From positions 44,261 to 108,260 of IMG/VR virus record IMGVR_UViG_3300044846_003474: a stretch of DNA of 64,000 bases. One strand, 5' to 3'. Shown here piece by piece: positions 9,377-18,011 of the stretch. The notes below the pieces were generated by a model that saw only the letters and a program-made list of their open reading frames with translations, was not told where the DNA came from and made no database searches. Origin of the DNA: a virus. Taxonomy: Duplodnaviria; Caudoviricetes. Within the stretch, counting starts at the first letter, position 1. Each line of letters opens with the position of its first letter. A program made the position numbers and the translations under genes.

Positions 9377-10750
9377 TTATAAAAATTTTTTTCTTACTAT
9401 TCTTCTTTCATTAAATAATTCTGGTTGATTGTCCAATTGATATAAACCATCAACATCCAAAAGTCTTTGATGGTATTTACCGGTCTTATCGTTATGAACG
9501 TTAACTAAAACTTTATTAGTTTCAGGTTGGACCTTTAAAATTAAAAATTGTAGGTTTGGATCCTTTTCTGTATGTCTCCATTCATACCCATATGTTTTTT
9601 CAACATGATCTAACATTTCATTGTAATCATCAATATTAATAAAACGATCATCCTCTTGTACTTTTTCTAACATTGAGTCCAAACTTTTTGAATAATACTC
9701 TTGCATAACATTATCGTCCCAATCATCACAATTTACCTCATACATTAACTCATTCCAATAACCTCTATCTTTCTTATCATAAAGTTTAATTAATTTATTT
9801 AATAACTCACTTAACGTAAATTTATCATTTTCAACATCACTATACCAATGTAATAATACTCCAACAGTTGTTTCAAATCTATATCCTCTATGTATTTCTT
9901 TTATTCCGAATTTATCAAATGGTTTAGCAATCTCACCTAAGATTATATCTTTAACCACATCATCAATACAATCTTGCCATTTGGATGCGTACTCATAAAT
10001 TAAATCATCAACAATTCTTCCAAAGTGTTCACTTAAAATAGCCGCAATACCTCTTTTACTACTAAGTTCAGCTCTATTTCCATAAAATTTGGCAACTTGG
10101 ATAGCTTTACGTTGGTTTTCAGTGTTAAAATGGTATTCAATAAATTCACCCTCTTTCCATCTATCCTCCTCACCATATGTGTCAGTATCACGACCTGAGT
10201 AATTACCAACAAACGTTCTATAAGTATATACATCATCAATAGACTCAACATTAATGGTGTCTAAAAAAACTTCATCATCTTCAAATTTAATAATAACCTT
10301 AGAATTACTTGGGTTCCTTTCATTGAAGTTTATCCCATCAATTATTGGATCGTCACCATTATCATTCCATTTAGGGTCATAACCTTTGGAAACCTCTTTT
10401 AAAAATTCATATGTTTTACCACCTTTAATCAACGGTGATAATATCTTTAATGAAGATAAAAATGCACGTTTTAAATCGTTTACAGTAACAATTTCATTGT
10501 TTTTATTAAGGTCTCTAATAACACTACCATCCTTATCATTAAAAATAGAATATATATTTTTATCCTTTTTACTAATTATAAAATATAGATCACCATTTCT
10601 ATAGTGACTATTCCAATTATCATTACCATAAAAATCAGTTCCAAAATATTGGGCAGATTTTAAATTTAATGTTTTAACAACTTTAACGTTCTCATCATCC
10701 TGTATTATATCAACATCCTCATCGTATGGGTTATATTTTCCCTTTTCCAT
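9377..10750 (-). CDS. Hypothetical protein
   Basis: 457-aa ORF; TATTTAT upstream; C-terminal LFNE followed by a basic tail. Confidence 0.75.
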   Translation of the reverse strand: MEKGKYNPYDEDVDIIQDDENVKVVKTLNLKSAQYFGTDFYGNDNWNSHYRNGDLYFIISKKDKNIYSIFNDKDGSVIRDLNKNNEIVTVNDLKRAFLSSLKILSPLIKGGKTYEFLKEVSKGYDPKWNDNGDDPIIDGINFNERNPSNSKVIIKFEDDEVFLDTINVESIDDVYTYRTFVGNYSGRDTDTYGEEDRWKEGEFIEYHFNTENQRKAIQVAKFYGNRAELSSKRGIAAILSEHFGRIVDDLIYEYASKWQDCIDDVVKDIILGEIAKPFDKFGIKEIHRGYRFETTVGVLLHWYSDVENDKFTLSELLNKLIKLYDKKDRGYWNELMYEVNCDDWDDNVMQEYYSKSLDSMLEKVQEDDRFINIDDYNEMLDHVEKTYGYEWRHTEKDPNLQFLILKVQPETNKVLVNVHNDKTGKYHQRLLDVDGLYQLDNQPELFNERRIVRKKFL

Positions 10751-10771
10751 ATAAAATAAATATCAAAAAAT

Positions 10772-10802
10772 TTTGATTATTGTAGGTTTACACTTATCTT
10801 TG
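10772..10802 (+). promoter_or_regulatory. Bacteroidota sigmaA-type promoter for tmRNA
   Basis: TTTG (10772-10775), 19 nt spacer, TATCTTTG (10795-10802); followed by boxA-like AGTTATTTGACAT. Confidence 0.75.
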
Positions 10803-10833
10803 TATTTATAATATAATAAGTTATTTGACATAT

Positions 10834-11243
10834 GGGGGTGTTTTTGGATTTGACAGGTATTGGCTGAAGACAAAGGGCACGTGGAGACTGAATTAATCTC
10901 CTTAAAAACTGATTCACAAAAACAATCGGCGACGTTTTATCGAAAATGGAAACTCTTGGTTTACTAAGAGAATCTGAAGTTACTGTAGCCTAAGAGGTTT
11001 ACGGAAACGGGGGGTCGGTGGACACATAACCTAGCAACAGAAGTCTTTATGGTGGAATACGATTGAACCATAAATCGAGTCGTCCATTGGTTGTTGATTT
11101 ACGATGGTGAAGAACAAATCAACTTTGTTTTTGGTCAAATTAAAACCAAATATTTTGGGGTATTAGAAAATACCAACCTAAACGTGTAGTCCTTATCTGA
11201 CAGGATATTATGGACCGGAGTTCGAGCCTCCGCACCTCCACCA
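10834..11243 (+). ncRNA. ssrA: tmRNA
   Basis: GGGGGTG/CACCTCC acceptor with G3-U, GGATTTGAC D-loop analogue, GGAGTTCGAGCCTCC T-arm, encoded ACCA; tag ORF 10928-10993 GDVLSKMETLGLLRESEVTVA*. Confidence 0.92.
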
Positions 11244-11248
11244 AATGT

Positions 11249-11276
11249 AAACCTCATCTTCGGATGGGGTTTTTTT
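11249..11276 (+). terminator. tmRNA terminator
   Basis: AACCTCATC-TTCG-GATGGGGTT followed by T-run. Confidence 0.85.
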
Positions 11277-11357
11277 ATGTGTTAATATTATATTTTAGTG
11301 CATAAAAAAAGGGACTAATTGTCCCTGAATGTCTTATATATGTTTTAATAAAAAAAA

Positions 11358-12230
11358 CCTGAGATTACAGTTTTCGTAAGTGTCTTTCGAGTCATTATTG
11401 GTTCTACTCTTATCCACAGGATTTTGTCCTGTAACACTCATTACCGATTGGTTAGACCAATCACTCCTTGACGATACAACTACTCTCTTACTACTCCTGT
11501 CTCCCCAAGATTGCGTCCTGGTTCGGTCTTCGACGACCTAGAGATTTTTCATAAAAATACGGTCAAACTTGCGGTTATCACGTTCCACTGACAGCCAGTG
11601 AATAGGTGGGTAACTTCCGTTATATCGTGACGGACACTTTTGCTTTATAGTTTATAAATGTTACTTCATTAACATTAAAGTTTTTGTGTCGTGGATTGAT
11701 CAAAGTTGTGGTCCGTCTTAAGCTTCATTATCTTTTGAATAACAAAATACCAAACAACTCCGTGAAATGTCCCCATTTCAATATTTCAAGACTACTTCAA
11801 GATTAATCTCTTGGTAGAGATTTATCAAGGACAATGTCAGCACCACCTGTTTGTTGTCATACCTTTCGGTTTTAAGTACCCTATCGTACTGGGATCCGCA
11901 ATAACAACATTGGAAATATTGATTCTTGCATTATCCCTACGAGTTATTCCTATTGGAGTTCCCTCCTCAACAAGATGACCCACATCACCTCGTCATAAAA
12001 TCACTTTCCCTACACCGTTGGCCTCGGTACTAAAGATCTTATGGTATCTCGCCTGTGTACTTGACCTCAATGATCCGAAGATCACTAAGACGCAAACCCG
12101 TTACACTTGGGGGTTCACTTTATCCTACTTTCGTAGTTTATTTTATGGACTATACACGGCCCAATATCTTTATCAGTTTCACTTTTAAACCCAAAGGTTC
12201 TTAACTTAATCCTGAACGGATAATATCTAA
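11358..12230 (-). ncRNA. Large structured ncRNA, GOLLD-like
   Basis: ~870 nt with no ORF, GC-richer than flanks, many hairpins with UUCG/GNRA loops, own promoter, ends GTAATCTCAGG + T-run; boundaries approximate. Confidence 0.65.
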
Positions 12231-12270
12231 AATTTCAAAGAACGTTATCGGACGTTTCCGATTTGTTTTA

Positions 12271-12301
12271 CAAATATAGGACTTTTTTTTAATTTGTCAA
12301 A
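12271..12301 (-). promoter_or_regulatory. Bacteroidota sigmaA-type promoter for the large ncRNA
   Basis: TTTG, 19 nt spacer, TATATTTG on minus strand; boxA-like GTTCTTTGAAAT at 12232-12243. Confidence 0.7.
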
Positions 12302-12318
12302 TACTTTGTGAATTTTTT

Positions 12319-12465
12319 TTAATGTTTTTCTATGTATACTGCTTCCGTACCGTAGTAATACGCTCTTGCTTCAGCAAAAGATGAGTTTGGTGTTGTATAT
12401 TTCTTACCATTATTATCATAATAGTAGAAAGTATAGTTAACCAATACTTGAGTTTCATCACTCAT
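12319..12465 (-). CDS. Small hypothetical protein (48 aa)
   Basis: MSDETQVLVNYTFYYY...IEKH*; TATCTTTG promoter near 12514-12521. Confidence 0.6.
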   Translation of the reverse strand: MSDETQVLVNYTFYYYDNNGKKYTTPNSSFAEARAYYYGTEAVYIEKH

Positions 12466-12558
12466 TTGTGGAGTTTTAAAGGTTAATAAATTAATGAACT
12501 TTTTAATTATACCACAAAGATAGTATATTTATTCCGATAAGACAAATGGGTTTAGTAA

Positions 12559-13425
12559 TTATTTTAATAAATTTTTAATTCGTTGTACGTCTTCTTGTAT
12601 TTTTGACACTTCTTCTTCTTCTTTAAATATACCTCCAAAGTTTTTAAAAAAGTCAAGAAAACCACCTTTTTTGGGATTAGTTTTATCATCATCATTAGTG
12701 GAAGTATCAGTAGTTGTAGTGGTTACATTGTCTTTTTTGTCTTCTTTATCTTCTTTATCTTTTTGATCTTTTTGATCTTTTTGATCTTCTTTATCTTTTT
12801 GATCAACTGATACGTCTACGTTATCATTACCTCCGGGTAATTCGTCTTCAGGTGTGTCCCAATACTTAGTAGCGTATGTCTTACATTTTTTACCTTCAGT
12901 TGCCTGTTTATTTGTGGATACCTCTCCATGACCAAACACATTTGATAGTGAATACCCTAAACTTTTAATTAATAATAATGCCGTTTTACATTGTTTAATT
13001 GTAATATCATCATCGTTTAATCCAATAATTTCAACACCTTCTGAGCTTGAATTATTTATGTGTCCCATACCTGATTTTTGATGGGCAACATGAGCACCCT
13101 TAGATCCTTTTGGTAACGCTTGATATAATTTACCATCTCTATCTATAATCCATTGAATTCCTAAAGTAGTACATTTTGAACTACCCTTGTAATGTCTACA
13201 ATTTAAAATTTTAACAACTTGAGAAGGAGTTCCTTTACCTGCAGTATGATGTATTAAAAAATATTTAGGACTAAATTGTTTTCCTTTGAATTTTGATTCT
13301 CCAGATATATTTGTAATTTGTAAAGAAGACTCATTTAGATATTTAGGTCTATTGGGTACATCAGTGGATGAAAGTTTTTGTTGTAAAACTTTTAAATGTT
13401 CTAATAAAATAAAATCATTTTTCAT
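12559..13425 (-). CDS. N-acetylmuramoyl-L-alanine amidase (Amidase_2-like)
   Basis: LIHHTAG, GAHV, GVEIIG, GHGEV..K motifs; LNES before the catalytic domain; KD-rich repeat linker. Confidence 0.8.
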   Translation of the reverse strand: MKNDFILLEHLKVLQQKLSSTDVPNRPKYLNESSLQITNISGESKFKGKQFSPKYFLIHHTAGKGTPSQVVKILNCRHYKGSSKCTTLGIQWIIDRDGKLYQALPKGSKGAHVAHQKSGMGHINNSSSEGVEIIGLNDDDITIKQCKTALLLIKSLGYSLSNVFGHGEVSTNKQATEGKKCKTYATKYWDTPEDELPGGNDNVDVSVDQKDKEDQKDQKDQKDKEDKEDKKDNVTTTTTDTSTNDDDKTNPKKGGFLDFFKNFGGIFKEEEEVSKIQEDVQRIKNLLK

Positions 13426-13444
13426 AAGTAAGTCATTTTTTATA

Positions 13445-14059
13445 TTATTGTTCTAAGTGTGTCATAAGAACACCACCCAAAGAGGTTGCGTGAACTTGTA
13501 GGTGATTAATAGATTCCATGTCCAATTTCTTCTTACGTTTTGTATAATCCAAACCTAAAGTTCCAATAAACTTATCGTCAATTGTTTTAATTGCAAATAA
13601 ATAACCTGATTTACATCCTGTGTCTTCAGCGATATATTTTAACCCAAAAGTTGCAATAGTTTCGTCTTTATAATCTGAAATTTCAATAATGTCATTACTT
13701 AATAATTCATTTATTGATTTTGAAAATAAATTAACGGGAATATTATGAAAATTACTTTGTACCGATGGTACTCCAGGATGAACCGTTTCATACATTACTG
13801 AGAACTTTGCCATTGATTTACCCGTTGGATAGAAATTACCACCATTGTGGAATTGGGTTATCCAAACACGATCGGCATCAAATTCTTCCTTTATGTGTTC
13901 TATTTTTGTTGTTACCAACTCACTAACACGAAGAGTTTCTCTAACCATATCTGGTTTTTCTTTTTTCTTATCTAATTTACTTTTTATGTAAAGTAAAAGG
14001 ATCGGACCTAAAACACCTGTTATAAACGCAATAATAATTCCTGTCATATTTTCAAACAT
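13445..14059 (-). CDS. Membrane-anchored GAF-like protein, possible holin
   Basis: N-terminal TM helix; ADRVWITQFHNG ... IGTLGLDY; adjacent to amidase. Confidence 0.55.
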   Translation of the reverse strand: MFENMTGIIIAFITGVLGPILLLYIKSKLDKKKEKPDMVRETLRVSELVTTKIEHIKEEFDADRVWITQFHNGGNFYPTGKSMAKFSVMYETVHPGVPSVQSNFHNIPVNLFSKSINELLSNDIIEISDYKDETIATFGLKYIAEDTGCKSGYLFAIKTIDDKFIGTLGLDYTKRKKKLDMESINHLQVHATSLGGVLMTHLEQ

Positions 14060-14110
14060 ATAATTAATAAATACCCAACAATTTAAAAAAATAACCAAGT
14101 ATTTATTATT

Positions 14111-15034
14111 ATGAGAAATTTAATCCATGAATGTCTAATTGAGGAGTTTAGACCTGATCTAATAAAAGAGTGTACAATCGCTGCGGTAAGGTTAGATAAT
14201 GGTGTTGTTTTAGCGAAAAATAGAGACAGAGGATACAAATCAAACGTTGAGGTTATACACGAATTAATAGATGATGTGGAAATTCTTTATTGGAGAGACG
14301 TTGACACCGATTGGAGTGAAGGAATGAACGAATATGGTATTGGGATTGTTAATTCAAGTCTTATGGTTTCTCAGGACGAAAAAGAAGGTAAAGAAGTGGC
14401 AAAAAATAGGAAAGATAAAACCGCAAAAAAAAGACTGTCATACGATGGTAATAAAATTAGAAAAGCGTTAACATATAAAACATTACCTAAAGTAATTAAA
14501 TCAATTGTTGGTTATTCAGGTGAGGATAAGAAAGATGTCGGTTTAAAAGGAGAAACATTTGTTTCAGATTCAAACAACATATATGTTGTTGAGATGACAT
14601 CAAAACATTCACCAATAATAAAAAAATTGAAAAAAGAACAAAAAGTTCTTGTTAGAACAAATCACGGTGTTTACCATAAGGAAGCCGGTTATACAAAAGG
14701 TGAGAAAAAAAAATCATCACATTCAAGGATGAATTTAGCAAAAAAACATTTAAAAGATGTTAAAACACCACAAGAAGTTATTGATAGGTTAAAGGAAAAA
14801 TATAAAGAGGATCCGTTTTTAAATCCATATAGAACCGATAATATGTACCATATGCAAACAACAGGTCAAATTATGATGGATCTTGAAAAAAAAGAAATTG
14901 TAATTAGAATGGATAATGAAATGGGGAACTTAGTTGGGATCAAGAATAAATTACCTAAAGATTATACTCCCAAATTAAAAGTAAAAATTGAGAACGAAAA
15001 AACTCACAATAAAGGTAAAAAATTACCAACATAA
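14111..15034 (+). CDS. Ntn-hydrolase (C45/choloylglycine hydrolase-like)
   Basis: CTIAAV...LAKNRDR, EGMNEYGI, RTNH; nucleophile Cys directly follows LIKE. Confidence 0.7.
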   Translation: MRNLIHECLIEEFRPDLIKECTIAAVRLDNGVVLAKNRDRGYKSNVEVIHELIDDVEILYWRDVDTDWSEGMNEYGIGIVNSSLMVSQDEKEGKEVAKNRKDKTAKKRLSYDGNKIRKALTYKTLPKVIKSIVGYSGEDKKDVGLKGETFVSDSNNIYVVEMTSKHSPIIKKLKKEQKVLVRTNHGVYHKEAGYTKGEKKKSSHSRMNLAKKHLKDVKTPQEVIDRLKEKYKEDPFLNPYRTDNMYHMQTTGQIMMDLEKKEIVIRMDNEMGNLVGIKNKLPKDYTPKLKVKIENEKTHNKGKKLPT

Positions 15035-15063
15035 AAAAACCCACCTTGTGAGTGGGTTTAAAT

Positions 15064-15741
15064 TTAAAAATTGTTTACATCTGTACTATTTTCTTCTTCA
15101 TCTTCTCTTTCTACAGATCCAAGGTTTAAGTCAATAGCTGGTATCGGAGGAGTTTTAGTGGCAAATGTTGTTTTAGCAAAAGATATTACTTGTAAAGTTG
15201 TAAGTGCTATGTTAATCCATTCTTTTACGTTCATTTGGTTTCCTTTCTTTTCTTCCGCCTTCTGTTTCAGTCCCTGCAATACTAACTGTTGTTGATTTAA
15301 AGATTTAAATTTCTCCGTCAACACTTTACATCTTTGTTTATTTGCCCTGTCGCCAAATATTTTTAATTTCTGGCATTTCTTGTCTATTTCGTCCGATGTC
15401 GTCTGTATATTTTTGACTATTGCTTCAACTTGCATTTTAGTATTTTCTATTGCCTGTTGTTGTTTAATTGCACTAATATTAGTATTTAGTTCCGATTGAA
15501 GCGATTTAATATTCTGTAGTTGTGATTCAAGTTTTGATAAAATAGTATTATTTTCAGAATTTGAAATCACTGGTGTCGAAATCTCAGGTTCAGGTTCAGG
15601 TCCAAGTCCAGGTCCAGATTTTTTAATCGGAACTGGTGTTGGGTCTGGTGTATTGTATTCAAATAAAAATTCTTTTTTTATTGCATTCCTATGCATCCCC
15701 AATATTCTTTCTTTTTCACTTTCGCTAATTATTAAATTCAT
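15064..15741 (-). CDS. Leader-bearing coiled-coil protein
   Basis: MNLIISESEKERILGMH leader class. Confidence 0.7.
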   Translation of the reverse strand: MNLIISESEKERILGMHRNAIKKEFLFEYNTPDPTPVPIKKSGPGLGPEPEPEISTPVISNSENNTILSKLESQLQNIKSLQSELNTNISAIKQQQAIENTKMQVEAIVKNIQTTSDEIDKKCQKLKIFGDRANKQRCKVLTEKFKSLNQQQLVLQGLKQKAEEKKGNQMNVKEWINIALTTLQVISFAKTTFATKTPPIPAIDLNLGSVEREDEEENSTDVNNF

Positions 15742-15751
15742 TTTTATATTA

Positions 15752-15922
15752 TTACTTTTTTTTGTTTATAATTGACCAAATAGCTCCCGTTAAAGTTAAA
15801 ATACCACCTGTTAATTCAGTAAACAGACTTTCGTCTATAAGGCCTTTTGTAATTAAAATACCACCGATAAATGTTAATGAGTGTCTTACAATACCTAAAA
15901 GTTGTTCTTTAGAAAATTTCAT
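15752..15922 (-). CDS. Small two-TM protein, putative holin
   Basis: MKFSKEQLLGIVRHSLTFIGGILI...GAIWSIINKKK (56 aa), below track cutoff. Confidence 0.6.
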   Translation of the reverse strand: MKFSKEQLLGIVRHSLTFIGGILITKGLIDESLFTELTGGILTLTGAIWSIINKKK

Positions 15923-16189
15923 AATTTTGTTTTTTATAGTTTATTTATAACAATAAATATATCAAAAACATTATTTAGACCATTTATCTTTTAAAAATAA
16001 ATAAGTATATATTGATAATATAATAATTGGAGTAAGGATTGAGACAATTATTTCTGATGTCATAATTATTGTTTTTATATAAACGTAAATAAAATTTTAA
16101 AGTTTTAGTTAATTAATATTGATGTAAAAATAGTTTTTATTAACCAAGCATTAATTAATATTGTGGACCATATGAGATAAAAGCCCTAA

Positions 16190-16281
16190 GTAATCAAAAA
16201 AGGATTCGAACCAATACAACCGTTTTTAACTCGGTCTCCCCAATAAGATGGGTAGCGTCTACCAATTCCGCCATTTGATTA
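16190..16281 (-). tRNA. Degenerate Leu-type tRNA-like element, anticodon unassignable
   Basis: TAATCAA/TTGATTA acceptor, TGGCGGAATTGGTAGACGC D-arm, GGTTCGAATCC T-loop; anticodon arm irregular. Confidence 0.5.
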
Positions 16282-16286
16282 TAACA

Positions 16287-16559
16287 TTATTTTAACTCCT
16301 GAACTTGTTCCATAATGTTGGTAACTTCTTCTCGGCTCAAGTACCCAATAACATCATTTGTTACAGGAGTATCATAAGTTAAGTCACCATCTTTACCAAG
16401 AACCGCAATCTCAAACAAACCATTTTTACTACCATATGAATGTGTGTGACATACAACAGATACACCGTATCCATTTTCAAACACCATTTTACACTTCACC
16501 CCAATTTGGTATGGAGAATCTTTAATTTCTTCAAACTCTAAATCTTCAAATTTTTTCAT
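16287..16559 (-). CDS. Conserved hypothetical phage protein
   Basis: FENGYGVSVV...GLFEIAVL...YDTPVTNDVIGYL. Confidence 0.75.
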   Translation of the reverse strand: MKKFEDLEFEEIKDSPYQIGVKCKMVFENGYGVSVVCHTHSYGSKNGLFEIAVLGKDGDLTYDTPVTNDVIGYLSREEVTNIMEQVQELK

Positions 16560-16571
16560 AATACTTATTTT

Positions 16572-17096
16572 TTATTTTACTAAATATCTGTAGTGTGGTC
16601 TTTGGATCTCACCTGATGCGATGATCGTGAATGCTCTTACCGTTTTCTCACCGTCAGTCAATGTGGTGTTGATGTTAACACCGATGTGAGAAGTCTCAAC
16701 AACAAGTTTCTCTACGATCAAACCTTTTTTCTCAATTCGGTTTGCAAGTTTCACGATAGATCCTTCGTAGTGTAACTCAGCTTTTTTCTCTTCAGCCAAC
16801 ATGAATCCCTCAACACCCATTTGTTTAACTTTTGACGCTTTGTCTTTGAAGTTATTGTACTCACGACTTTGTTTAGAGTTGTAAAACCCTCTTGGGAATG
16901 ACTTGAACTCAGAAGGTCTTCCTTCGTTATAAACATCTTGTGTCAATCCAAAAAAGTTACACCATTGAAGGTTGTCCCAACCTGATCTCACCATAATTGC
17001 GTCGAACTGATCTTTCGCCCACTCTTTAGTTTTAGCAATGTACTGAACTTTTAATGTTTCAGTCTCTGTCTTCAAAATGTTTATCAAGTTTTCCAT
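16572..17096 (-). CDS. Hypothetical phage protein
   Basis: 174-aa ORF; TATCTTTG promoter near 17116-17123. Confidence 0.75.
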   Translation of the reverse strand: MENLINILKTETETLKVQYIAKTKEWAKDQFDAIMVRSGWDNLQWCNFFGLTQDVYNEGRPSEFKSFPRGFYNSKQSREYNNFKDKASKVKQMGVEGFMLAEEKKAELHYEGSIVKLANRIEKKGLIVEKLVVETSHIGVNINTTLTDGEKTVRAFTIIASGEIQRPHYRYLVK

Positions 17097-17167
17097 ATCT
17101 CTCGTTGTTTGTTTAACAAAGATATAACTTTTAATTCAATTAGCAATGAAAATTATTCATTATTTTG

Positions 17168-17240
17168 CGGTCCCGACGGGATTCGAACCCGTATCTCGCA
17201 CCGTGACAGGGTGGAATTGTAACCATTCAACCACGGGACC
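17168..17240 (-). tRNA. tRNA-Asp(GTC)
   Basis: Cloverleaf GGTCCCG...CTGTCAC...GGTTCGAATCC...CGGGACC; CCA not encoded. Confidence 0.9.
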
Positions 17241-17320
17241 AAGTTTATCAGTCTTTCCTGATCGTCACCCCTAACCCACAGGTATGAACCCGTATCGTAG
17301 TAAAGCTTGGTTGGCTATAG

Positions 17321-17392
17321 TAGTCCCACCGGGAATCGAACCCGACTTTCCAGGATGAAAACCTGACGACCTAACCGATAGTCGATGGGACC
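17321..17392 (-). tRNA. tRNA-Glu(TTC)
   Basis: GGTCCCA...TTTTCAT...GGTTCGATTCC...TGGGACT. Confidence 0.9.
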
Positions 17393-17464
17393 AAAAATAA
17401 GGGTAGACACGGGCCTAGCTAGCCATCTTTCAGGAAAGTCCCTTACGAATATTCTACCCTTTTG

Positions 17465-17538
17465 TAGTTAATACTGGACTCGAACCAATGACCTATTCCG
17501 TATCAGGGAATCGCTCTAACCAACTGAGCTAATTAACT
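17465..17538 (-). tRNA. tRNA-Ile(GAT)
   Basis: AGTTAAT/ATTAACT acceptor, AGCTCAGTTGGTTAGAGC, CTGATAC loop. Confidence 0.88.
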
Positions 17539-17614
17539 ATATTTTCGTCTTTCCGAAGTGTCAATACGGATATTTTGTGTACAATTCAGGACTCTCGTAT
17601 TGCTTCCTTAGTTG

Positions 17615-17768
17615 TAGTCAGGACAGGAATCGAACCTGTATGAACACTTTGAATTTTACCTACGCACTGTGAGGTAGTGTTCTTCATCATTCGCATTGCC
17701 TTTTCAAAATGCACTTATTCAAGGATGCCGTGCGTGTCACTATGTGTCTACCATTCCACCACCTGACT
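17615..17768 (-). tRNA. tRNA-like RNA with ~100-nt expanded central region
   Basis: Perfect AGTCAGG/CCTGACT acceptor, Leu-type D-arm, ACAGG-TTCGATT-CCTGT T-arm; 154 nt total. Confidence 0.6.
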
Positions 17769-17778
17769 ATTTCTTTTG

Positions 17779-17852
17779 GGTGAATGGTGGGTTACGATCC
17801 CACTACCTTCGGTTCCACAAACCGACACTCTTCCGATTGAGCTACACACACC
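17779..17852 (-). tRNA. tRNA-His(GTG)
   Basis: Encoded G-1 and C73, TCGGT-TTGTGGA-ACCGA anticodon arm. Confidence 0.85.
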
Positions 17853-17958
17853 ATTTATTTGTGATACATAGTTGACACACACTCTCGTTTCACCATCTTG
17901 TGCCAACAGGTTAATGTACTTTACGAGTTTCCCGTTTCTTACTCTCACTTGTCTCCTA

Positions 17959-17966
17959 CAAAGATA
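17959..17966 (-). promoter_or_regulatory. TAnnTTTG promoter for the tRNA cluster
   Basis: TATCTTTG on minus strand upstream of tRNA-His. Confidence 0.6.
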
Positions 17967-18011
17967 TGTAATTACTTTTGATTTGCCAAACAATTTGTAA
18001 AATATTTTTTA

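Noticed and set aside
11358-12230. rRNA fragment, RNase P RNA or self-splicing intron
   Set aside because: No universal rRNA or RNase P P4 signatures recognised, no interrupted host gene, and it has its own promoter and terminal T-run
12740-12800. 9-bp imperfect repeat (KDQ/KDK)
   Set aside because: Ordinary low-complexity linker within the amidase
15762-15950. Plus-strand 62-aa ORF
   Set aside because: Antisense to the more plausible holin-like ORF at 15752..15922
17399-17464. tRNA-associated theta (HDV-like) ribozyme after tRNA-Ile
   Set aside because: Could not fit the nested double-pseudoknot topology or catalytic C by eye
17748-17993. 81-aa ORF in the track
   Set aside because: Overlaps tRNA-His, the tRNA-like element and their promoter
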